Shown: one piece after another, positions 53,848 through 64,000 of the stretch
Layout: each line of letters starts with the position of its first letter
Position numbering within the stretch: position 1 is the stretch's first letter
Origin: Macrostomum lignano
Lineage: Eukaryota
Assembly (NCBI GenBank): GCA_002269645.1
Contig: NIVC01003297.1
Coordinates: 1-64,000, forward strand
Direction of reading: 5' to 3'
Length of the DNA: 64,000 nt
Position numbers and translations under genes: made by a program
Notes under the pieces: model-generated
The model's database searches: none
Seen by the model: only the letters and a program-made list of their open reading frames with translations
Told to the model about the DNA's origin: nothing

Positions 53848-56800
53848 TCTCTACATATAAAAATCAAAACTCTGTCTGTCTGTGTGTGTGTCTGTATACA
53901 AATTTGATCGTTATGGACTCCCAAACCGCTCAAACAAATGACACCAAACTTTACACCCACCCTAAACTTACTACGGAGAATGTCTTAGGCTACCTTTTAA
54001 TTTCCTAAATTTGAGTCTTCCCACCTAAAAGTGCAAAAAACTGCTCAAAATGCGCAATTTTTTAACTAAATCCTCCATAGCGCCGCTCCACTTCTACCGA
54101 TTCTCTTTAAATTTGACACAGATAATCTTTAACTATTTTGGCACAATCATGTAAAATTTCGAGTCTCAAAGTTAATCCTGAGCGGTGCTGTGCACTTTTA
54201 AAGTTAGGCTGTTTTTTTCAGCGTGGCAACCACCCCAACCTCCGCCCGCCTGCCTCTCTTTCCCGATACCGATCTGAGCCCAGATGTGTAAAATGGTTTC
54301 AAAATTGACTAGCTTTCAGCTGCCATAAGTTTGCTCCACGTAAAGCGATTGACTTTAAACTTGACACAATTCTTCATTGACTCATTCTCTATCTAAATGT
54401 AAAGTTTCAACTCTGTAACTCAACCGAAAAAGAAACTGTAAGCATGTGAAGTTTGTCTGCTTTTTCTGTTGTTTGTGCCACTCACTCACTCATTCCCCCA
54501 GAGCGAGACGAAGGGTCAGGCGATAGGACTGAATGTACATAGCAAATGTACAGTGTTTTGGAATAACTTTATTTATAGCCTTCTCTGCACCCCGAGAGTG
54601 GAGAGGCGTGGAGAGGAGAGAGTTTAGCGAGAGATTCAACCACTGTCCTCACTCCTGTGTATAAGACAAGTCTGCAGGAGTTAAACAAGGATGGCAAATC
54701 AAGGCGATGTGGGATGGTTTTTAAAAATAGCGAAAAATTAATGATTACAATGAACTGATTACAATGCAATCCTACTAAATTGCTTACACCATGAAAATTT
54801 TAACATTAAGATACGAATAAGGTACTTGAAAATTTAAATAACCTCCTAAGAAATGCGTATTTCCTTGGTTGTTAGACTGCTGCAGACTGTGGTGGTGGAG
54901 CTAGAGAATGGAGATACACAAATTCCTCTCAGGACTGCTAATTGGCCAGAAAGAGCACGAGAAATTATAACAACCATGATAGTACTACGTCCCACAAACT
55001 GGATTTCGAAGCAGGGATCGGCAGATTTTTATCTCAAAGGCCAGATAAAGAATCAAGCTTATGGCTGCGGGGCAGATGAGAGTGAAAAGGAAAAGGAGTA
55101 GACTATTAGAAAGGGAGGAGGGGCGAGAGGGGATAAGAGAATAGATAGAAGATATCAGGAGAGACGAGGGGGTCGAGGGCAGCGGCAGAGCAGAGAATAT
55201 GGGAGTCGGGAGGAAGAAGCGAGAGGAGGGAAGAGAGAAGGGAGATGGAATTAGAGGTGAGAAGATGGAGAGAGAAGAGGGGAGAGATGAGACAGAGGAT
55301 CAATGAGAGAGGAGAGTAGAAAAGAGTGAGAAGAGATGAGAGATGAGAGAACAGAGAGGCAGATGAGAGAGGATCGAGAGGAGAGATTAGAAAGGATAGA
55401 GAAGAGAGGAGATAAGAGGGGGATAGAGGGAGAGAGAGGAGTGAGAAGAGGAGATAAGAGATGAGAGAGGGAAGAGTGAGAAGATGAGATAAGATATAAG
55501 ATATAAGAGATAAGAGAGAGAGTTGAGAAAGAAGAGAGGAGAAAGGAGAGATGATAGAGTAAAGGGAAGAGGAGGAGAGAGGAAAGAGATGAGATCGTGG
55601 AGATGAGAGAGATGAAAAAAAGATGATCGAGAGAGTAGAGATGAGAGATGAAGGAAGAGAGAGCAGAGTGCAGAGAGACGAGAGAAGAGAATAGAGGGGA
55701 GAGAGTATAGAAGAAGGAAGAGAAGAGAGGAGTAAGGAAAGAGGAGTGTCAGAAGAGGGGAAAGAGAAGAGTACACAGTAGAGAGGAGAGTAGAGATGAC
55801 AGAAGAGAGAGGGGAATGAGAGAGCGAAGATGAGAGTGAACAGACGATATAAGAGAGGAGAGAGGAGAGTGAGAAAGAAGAGAGAAGACAAGAGAGGGAG
55901 AGAGTATAGAAGAGAGAAGTGAAGAGACAAGAAGAAAGAAGAAAGGATCGAGTCCTCCTGAGTCAAAAAAGGGGAAAGAGAGGAGTACAAGTGGAGAGAG
56001 GTGAGAGAACATATGAGAGTAAAGATGACAGAACAGAGAGGGGAGATGAGAGATCAGAACAGACGAGAGATGGGAGAGTAGAGAGAAAAGAGGAGAGATA
56101 AGAAATAAGAGATGAGAGGTGCAGACAAGGGAGAGATGAGAAGTGAGTGAGGAGAGAGGAGGGGAAGGGAGAGAATCGAGAGGACAGGGGAAATTGGTGA
56201 AAAGGACGAGAGAGGAGAGGAAAGAGGGGAGAGATTAGAGAGAAGAGAGATAGGACAGGAGATAGCAGAGAGATGAGAGGAGAGAGGGGGGAGAGGAGAG
56301 AGAAGATAAAAGAAGAAAAATGAGAGATAAGATAGCAAAGACGAGAGAGAAGGGAGAGGTGAGGGATAGAAGACATGAGAGGAGAGAGTTGAGAGAAGAG
56401 AGGAAAAAGGAGAGAGTAGAGATAAGGAAAAAGTTAAGAGAGGGTATAGTAAGGAGTGAGAAGAGAGGTGAGGGAAGAGAGAGCAGAGAGCAGAGGGAAA
56501 CAAGAAGAGATAAAAGAGGAGAAAGGAGATATGAGAGACCAGAGACCAGAGAGAAAAGAGGAGAAGAGAGAGAAAAGAATAGAGGGGAGATGGAAGAGAC
56601 GAGAGAAGAGACGAGAGAGGAGAGAGGACAGAGGAGAGAAGAAAGAAGAGATAAGAGGAGAGAGAGAGAAGAGACAAGAGAGAAGATAGGAAACAGAAAA
56701 GAAGATGGAAGTTTCAAAGGATGCAAAGGACATAGGGAGAGGCAGAGGTAGAGGCCAGAGTTTGCCTGACATTCTGCGCAGCACCCCAGCCAACAATAGC

Positions 56801-56965
56801 AATGTTTGCCTCAAATCCTAATTTTACATGAATGTACACTATTTAACTCTAATCCTAACTATTAACAAGTTTTTGTTTGAGTTTGACCTCAGATTTTAGA
56901 ATACATGCAAAAAATCCAGGGAATGGAGTTCCCCGGGTTCAAAATCCGCGGGTTTCAACAGCTTG
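53848..56965 (+). mobile_element. Non-autonomous Helitron, family B copy 3, head-to-tail with copy 2
   Basis: Junction CAGCTTG|TCTCTACATATAAAAATC, GA-rich core ~55070-56760, ends CAGCTTG|T. Confidence 0.82.
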
Positions 56966-57298
56966 TTGTTTATAAACGGAAAAAAATAACGAGTCAAATT
57001 AAGTCAAAAACTACAACAAATACCACAAACATTAGAAAATGTAATCGCTAAATTTAAGTAAAAATGTTTTGTTTTGGTTTATGAAACTAGCAAAATTAAA
57101 ATAAATGGCTAGTCCAGATAAAAAACCTTCAAACTGTTTTAAAATAGCGCGTGAGTTCAGAAGTTTTCGTGTGTTCAAAATTCAATTATTGCTTAATTTA
57201 AGAACATCATTCGGCCATTCGGCCAGGCCCCTTAAACAACATTTTCAGCGTTTCCAATGCTAGGGTTTAGAGCGTACAAATCTTTAAAAAGTTCAAAG

Positions 57299-58661
57299 CA
57301 TACATGCGCAACTGCTGGCCGACCTGGCCGTGGCCGATCCGGCCACTATAAATTGTGGTAGACCAGGGGTAAGTCGCAAAAATGCCCACCGCCGTTTAAA
57401 TCAAATTGCATTGATTTCGCTTTAGTGTTTCCCTTATAGGTAGGCCTAGGGTAAGTTGCATTTTTGTTCAAAAAATAAGTTGCATAGCCAATGTAAATCA
57501 ATTGGCATTCCTTCGGTTTACGATCATTGAAATTAGTGACGATCCCCATTGGAGAGATAGGGAAGATACAAAAGTGTTGTTTATTTCTTCAACTTGCAAA
57601 ACAGTAGACAAGCACTGCAATCCTTTTTATTTATACATCATAACACAAGTAGCACGCATGTTTGAATAAAAAAGAAGGTGGATTTTTAGTGATCCATTTC
57701 ACTGCTCCAAGAATCCAAAGACGATCCTATATATCCACTTCGGTTTATGATCATTTAAATGGGAGTAATACATGTAAATGATCGTGAACCAAAGCTAGCC
57801 ATGTATTGAGATAGCTACAAGCTTTATCTGAAATCAAGCCCTATCTCGATACATGGCTAGCTTTGGTTCACGATCATTTACATGTATTACTCCCATTTAA
57901 ATGATTGTAAACCAAAGCTGAGGGGGGGTGCCAGCGTGCAGAGAATAATAAAGTGTCAAGTTACTTAGCAGTGCACGTTAACTCAAGACATTTTAATCGC
58001 CAACAAGTCCCACCAGTTGAACTAATAACTATGACTATACATGTCTTCAACACCCTCCCCTCAGCTTCGGTTCACAATCATTTATATGCATTGCTTCCAT
58101 TTAAATGATTGTAAACCGAAGTGGATATATAGGATCCCACGTCTTCTTGGATTCATTTTTGGAAATTGAAATCATGCACTAACCCCCTTAACTGTCTCGA
58201 TACATGGCTAGCTTCGGTTTACAATCATCTACATGTATTACTCCCATTTAAATGATTGTAAACCGAAGTGGATATATAGGATTGTCTTCTCGGATTCATT
58301 TTTGGAAATTGAATTCATGCACTAACCCTCTCAATTAGCTATCTCAATATATGGCTAGCTTTGGTTCACGATCATTTACATGTATTGTTTCCATTTAAAT
58401 GATCGTAAACCGAAGTGGATATATAGGATCCTTGTCATTGCCATCGCAATGCCATGAAAGTAACCATTTGTTGGCTATTCTGTTCAGTTTTTCTAATAGG
58501 CCTATGTAACATATAAGCTCAGTTAGTTTAACAATTTTGTTTATTTCAAGCAAGCTACGATCATTTATATGGAAAATTACATGGGGATCGTGAACCAAAA
58601 TGTACATGGAAAAATGATTGTAAACCAAAGGAATGCCAATCAATAAGGGGTTGCCTGTATG
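57299..58661. mobile_element. Second copy of the hAT MITE, interrupted by a nested element
   Basis: TIRs CATACATGCGCAAC / GTTGCCTGTATG; perfect 8-bp TSD GTTCAAAG; body homologous to 45336-45601. Confidence 0.82.
57502..58639. mobile_element. Foldback-like element built of repeated and inverted modules
   Basis: TIR TTGGCATTCCTT(C/T)GGTTTAC(G/A)ATCATT; internal ~60-bp inverted repeat 57752-57903; TSD ambiguous. Confidence 0.72.
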
Positions 58662-61180
58662 GTTCAAAGCCAAAATATTTAAAAATTGGACCTGGGACAA
58701 GACATAAGCCTAACAAGCAAGGGGACTATTATGTATAGGCCTACTTAAGCTTATAAGGTGGAGTCCTTATTGTCCCCTTGCTTCATTGCTTATTCTTTTC
58801 TATCAATCTAAAGTCTAATTTATGTAATCTTTTTTGCCAAATCTAGCTTCCTGGTGTCACTGTGAACAGAATGAATTATCATTTGACATTTGTATAATAT
58901 AGGTTATTTAAGCTCAACTTTTTTAAGCTTAAGTTGATACAATTGATAAGCCTAGGCCTTTTCTTATCTGTATCCTATGTAGGCAATGACAGTGCCTATT
59001 TGTCCGGTATTGCCATATCGGATGAATAAATTTAACTATTATTTGTCCAGTACCAGATATAAAAGTAATCATAATTTTTTATGATTAGATAGTGCTGTTT
59101 CTCAGAAATTCTAGAACTTTGGGCAAAAAATACTTGGGCATAGTCTACACGTCATTGCCTGATCTAGCAGTTTTGTATAATTTTTACCTTTATTATATTT
59201 CATTCTATACATATCTGTATGTTTTGGTTTCACAGTAAACAGTAGTCATTGTACAATCAAAATTAATAATGACATTTGTTGCTTTATAACACAAATGTTA
59301 AAGTAAGGACTTTGAGTTATTACAATAACAATTGGAGTTCTTACAATAAAAAAGTGGAATCATCACTACAGATTTGAACTCAGTATTGACTGATCATCAA
59401 GAAGACACTCTAACATCACGCTAGTGTATTTTGCTAGAAAAGATGCGCAGAGTGGCATATAAATTCATGTAGCTCAGCTGGTACCAAACAAATAACTTCA
59501 CTATTATTTATCCGGTACCAGACAAATAATATTACTTTTATTTATCCAGTACCAGACAAACAGTCATTGCCATATTGGCATATAAAAACCTAGAATAAAA
59601 CAAAACATCATAAACAAAAACTGTTTGTTCAAACTGACATAATACAGCTATGCCTAGGTCCTATATTTTTTCACTTTAATTCTTTGTTTTATTAAGACTA
59701 GTCTTTGAGCCCTTAAAAATGGCTATTTGGCCTCTGCTCTAAAATGCCTATTATAGAATAATTAGAACAATTAGAATAACTATAGTCTATAACTTGCATA
59801 ATTGAGTGACAAACTATAATAACTTTATATTATAACACTTATATTTTTTATATATATCAAAGACAATTTTGGTTATAGATAGTCAAGTTTAAATGTTTTT
59901 AACTATAAACACTATGATGTTTTAAATTGTTTTAATTGAAGTCCTATTATTTTCTTTTAAAAAATACTTCACAATATAAATTAAAAATGGTAAGCCTATA
60001 AAGTATAATAAAGACAATTAAAGTATTATATTGCAAAAGACGTATGATAACAAGCAGTGTAGGCCTAATGTCAATCAAATCAGAGATAAAAAGTATCTTT
60101 ATTATTCTAGCAAAATTTTTGTTGCTTAACATAGACATAACATAGACTTAACATAAATAGAAAACAAAGGAAAGCCCTAGGATTTTTTTTACTCTATTGG
60201 TCTTGGTCATTGGTGATAATAGTTAAGATCCTAGTCAAACTCAAATTGTCAATTGGCATTTTGTCAATTAGGAAGCCATTGCCTCCTCAATATTGAGCCT
60301 AGGGAGAGATTTTAAATCAATATAGCCCTATTAGAATCATTATAGTCTATATATAATATAACTATATAATATCAATTTGAAAATATTTTATATTTTATTG
60401 AAAATTGATAGCATAGGCCTATTATTATGTTTATTGCCCTGCACCTAAGTCACAATCATATCAATTATTTATTATGAAATAAGAATATTATTTTATTATA
60501 ATTTTATCAGCAGTTAATTACATGTATTCAACTGATCAATAATCAAAGTATAAGTTTTCATTCTTAATCATTAGAAAAGTAATGACACAATGGCACTAAT
60601 TTAAAAATTCTTCTGTTTGAAAGGTGCAATCTGCCTTTTTGCATTAAAGTTCCATTGGTCAAGAAGGCTTTTTCTAATAAGTTTATCTGTTAAGTAATTT
60701 AAAAAACTAAAATGAAAATTCTTACAAGACTTTGTTTTCACTTGGGTTTAAAAAGATGCCATGCAATGCAAGGCAATAAACAAATTAATGAATTACTTTG
60801 GTGTTAGTCATTGCACTATTGTCGGTGGTTTCATTTACTCTTGCATTTACCTTAGGTTATTGTCTGCCACTAAGCAGTCCCCTTCTCTTTGGTCAGCCTA
60901 TTCTCCTGTCTTCTCCTTTTTCTCTGGGCTTTTGTTTGTAGCCACAGACATCTTTGTTATGGTATGCTCTTGGTTCACTCCATTTCTAAGGTCATGGCTA
61001 GTGGCCTATTTAGTAGTAGTAGTTCCTTTATTATGTGAGCTAATCATATGGTAAGCCTTGCTTTCTTGGAGCCCAAAGTGCAGTAAACATGTTTACTGCA
61101 TTTGTTGGCCTATGTTTATAGGGGAATATTGTGTCCTAAGACCTTTGCCTTCTCTAAGTTTTTAAGGTGGGGGGATGAAA

Positions 61181-62050
61181 TCCATATACTAAAAATCTAG
61201 TATACTAAACATGAAAAATTTATTAGTTGCTTGCTTGCTTGTATGCAGTCAATTATTTCCCAAATAGCTCAACCAATTTTTTGCCATTTCTTCACTATAA
61301 GATATCAAATATGCCTAAAACAATAATGTTATATCAAATAATACTTAAAATACCACTAATTGACAAAAATGTTGTCAACTATAGGGTAGAAAGGCTAGAC
61401 GCAAACTTAAGAGGGCAGAGAGGCAGACTCAAGGTGACAAAAAGGCAGACTCAAGAGGGCAGAGAGGTGGACTCAAGAGGGCAGAGACAGAGAGACAGAC
61501 TCAAGGGAGCAAAGAGATAGACAAGGAGGCAAAGAAGCAGACTCAAGGGGGCAGAGAGGGAGACTCAAGGGGATAAAGAGGCAGATTCAAGGGGGCAGAG
61601 AGGCAGACTCAAGGGGGCAGAGAGGCAGACTCAAGAGGGCAGAAAGGTGGACTCAAGAGGGCAGAGACAGAAAGACAGACTCAAGGGGGGCAGAGAGATA
61701 GACAAGGGGGCAAAGAGGTAGACAAGGGGGCAAAAAAGCAGACTCAAGGGGGCACAGAGGGAGACTCAAGGGGGCAGAGAGGCAGACTTAAGGGGGCAGA
61801 AAGGCAGACTCAAGAGGGCAGAGAGGTAGACTCAAAAGGGCAGAGACAGAGAGACAGACTCAAGGGGGCAGAGAGGTAGACAAGGGGGCAAAGAAGCAGG
61901 CTCAAGGGGGCAGAAAGGGAGACTCAAGGGGATAAAGAGGCAGATTCAAGGGGGCAGAGAGGCAGACTCAAGGGGGCAGAGAGGCAGACTCAAGGGGGCA
62001 GAGAGGCAGACTCAAGGGGGCAGAGAAGCAGACTCAAGGGGGCAGAGAGA
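61181..62050 (+). mobile_element. Helitron-like 5' segment related to element C; 3' end not found
   Basis: A|TCCATATACTAAAAAT..TTGCTTGCTTGCTTGT..AAATAGCTCAACCAATTTT resembles 19949-20030 and is followed by a minisatellite. Confidence 0.55.
61405..62048 (+). repeat. 22-bp minisatellite (AAGGGGGCAGAGAGGCAGACTC)
   Basis: Direct inspection. Confidence 0.93.
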
Positions 62051-62723
62051 TGCAATGTAAATGATGGGTTTTCTATAAAAAAAACTTTCAATGAACTCAA
62101 TCTAAGAGTTGCTAAGACTAAGACTTTGTCTATCTTATTCATGTTGTCAATTATCATTAACTCTATCAAACTTAAAAAATTTAAGTGAATTGTTTGAAGT
62201 TGTAAAAGTTTGCATAATCATGTTATTCACAAAACTGATAATATTATTATTTGTTAGTTAGATAGTCATGACATTAAGAAAAATAACATGCTTTAGCAAC
62301 AGATTATCATTAAAAGTAAGACAAATCTATGATAGTATGTCATTTATATGCTTATTTAGTTCTTTTAATAATTTGACACACAAACTAGTTTTTAGAAAAG
62401 AATGTTTTCAAACTAGTTAACTGGTTCTCAAAAAGGAATAATGTTTGCATCTTTACCCTTTACCCTTGTTTCTATCAAGGGTTTCTCCAATTTCCAAACT
62501 TGTCATTATCATATAGACTATCGTTTTTTAATGCATTTTTTAATGAAGCTGTTAAGTCACAATAAATTGCCATAGATTATGAGCGAGAAATTCACTGTTT
62601 TTATTAATTTAAGCAACAAGAACTTTAACAGGAAACAGATCGAGGATATAGCAAAGCAAACGAATACCAAAGTATTTGATTTTCGACAGTTAAGACTTAT
62701 AAGTACGAGCTATATATTCTTTG

Positions 62724-64000
62724 TTAGAAGTTGAACGTGCACCCATCGAAGAGGCAGTTGGCAAACATCGGCTGTTGCACACTTCGCAGGTCAACTTGAG
62801 CTTGCTGCATGACTGTTGCACTAGTGGTTGCACTCGTAGTCGCATCGGTTGGTGGGGCCAAATTGTCACTAACAGCGGTAGCAACCTTCCTGAGGGTTCT
62901 GTCACGCTTGCGTGCGCGATAACGTCGAACAGTGGACTCCGATCGTTGTCCCGTTACCGCCATTATCTCCCCCATAGGCATTCCTTTGTCGAAAAGATCC
63001 GCAATACGCGTGACGCGTATGCAGTGATTCGTGTACTGCTTGGAGAGGTTGCACACACTACTAACGTGCTTCATGAATGCAGCCAACCAATTGACACCGC
63101 GCACTTGCGTAGCAGAGAATCGAATTTGTCCTCCCGAATTGTTAGTCAGAGGGCGCGGAAAGAACGAGGACGAATTCTGCGGTAACAAACTCTGATAATG
63201 CAGGATCAACTCCCGCTGAGCGCCGTAGATCCGACTCTGTTTGCGCTGATTTCCCTTGTATTTTGTTGGATCGCTAGTCTGGTTTTTTGTCTTTAACGGC
63301 GGCAACGCAAGATATGGATTCCCATCAGCGTCGACTTCTTCTTGGAGCGTGCCAACTTGCTTTAGACTTGACAGGTGTTCTTGACCTCTCTCGCCCAGGA
63401 CATACAGCAGCATAAATAGTACTTCATCTTGCAACCGTTCAGCTGTAGAACGGTCAAAATAAGCATGCATTTTCTGTAAATCACCTTCTTCTATTGGCTC
63501 GTGCTGATTGACAGTGCCTCCATCAGCATGAAAATGCCGCACCTTTACTTGCAGCATCCGGTTGGCAGTGGCAAACTCGTCACTGGAAATAATATTTGTT
63601 CGACGCTTCAGCACGAAAGTCAAGTACCTCTGCACTCCAGCACGAATGCAGACCAACGTAGCTGGCGAATAGCAACTGCCGTCAGATTTTTTTAGACAGA
63701 AGTAAAAGAACCTTAAAAATTCGGCCAAGCGACTGTCACTGATCACGCTCACATCCACAGCACCATGCTTCTTCAAAAACTCCACGAACATTTTGCCATA
63801 CAGAAACATGTGTTCTCGTGTAGTGCTCGGCAGTGATTCCAGTTTGGCAACATCCATTGCACTGGGTAAATCAGATAGTTCTGGAAGCTCGACACTAGAA
63901 ACCGCAGCGGCCTCATCAGCCGTCTCGATTTTAGTCAGGTAGTCGATAAAATCTCCAAGAATTTCATCGGAACTGTGGTTCACGGCGCTCAGTTCACTCA
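62724..64000 (-). CDS. Crypton-type tyrosine recombinase (DUF3504 / KCTD1-ZMYM-QRICH1-related), uninterrupted ORF open to the window edge
   Basis: LKKSDGSCYSPATL..IRAGVQRYL, LGERGQE, KTKN, RGVNWL..M, YTNHCIRVT, IMAVTGQRSESTVRRY. The frame stays open upstream of GTG 63983. Confidence 0.85.
   Translation of the reverse strand, partial: SELSAVNHSSDEILGDFIDYLTKIETADEAAAVSSVELPELSDLPSAMDVAKLESLPSTTREHMFLYGKMFVEFLKKHGAVDVSVISDSRLAEFLRFFYFCLKKSDGSCYSPATLVCIRAGVQRYLTFVLKRRTNIISSDEFATANRMLQVKVRHFHADGGTVNQHEPIEEGDLQKMHAYFDRSTAERLQDEVLFMLLYVLGERGQEHLSSLKQVGTLQEEVDADGNPYLALPPLKTKNQTSDPTKYKGNQRKQSRIYGAQRELILHYQSLLPQNSSSFFPRPLTNNSGGQIRFSATQVRGVNWLAAFMKHVSSVCNLSKQYTNHCIRVTRIADLFDKGMPMGEIMAVTGQRSESTVRRYRARKRDRTLRKVATAVSDNLAPPTDATTSATTSATVMQQAQVDLRSVQQPMFANCLFDGCTFNF

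Noticed and set aside
58982-59580. Weak inverted similarity (GGCAATGAC..TTTGTC / GACAAA..GTCATTGCC)
   Set aside because: Too degenerate to define termini or a TSD by eye
62724-63983. Phage or bacterial integrase / contamination
   Set aside because: Motifs (KKSDG..YSPATL, YTNHCIR) match the eukaryotic Crypton/DUF3504 group, and flanks are eukaryotic repeats

Overview
Repeat-rich eukaryotic (metazoan, probably invertebrate) DNA with spliceosomal introns and GC-rich exons. Host genes: the last exon of a GPN1-like GTPase, a three-exon KLHL2/3 (kelch) orthologue and a complete three-exon COG8. Most of the rest is transposon-derived, chiefly Helitrons. 11972-30957 is a precise head-to-tail TC...CTAG chain of two satellite-filled non-autonomous Helitrons plus an 11-kb decayed autonomous-type Helitron with an intron-containing RepHel gene and an RPA70-like gene. 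A second Helitron family with a GA/CT-rich core and a CTTG 3' end occurs three times, once as a tandem dimer. Also present: a PHD+MULE element with TIRs and TSD, a dead mariner, several MITEs (some nested), a Crypton-type tyrosine recombinase ORF running off the right edge, and strongly CpG-depleted domains. All assignments come from motif recognition and hand alignment; no searches were run.
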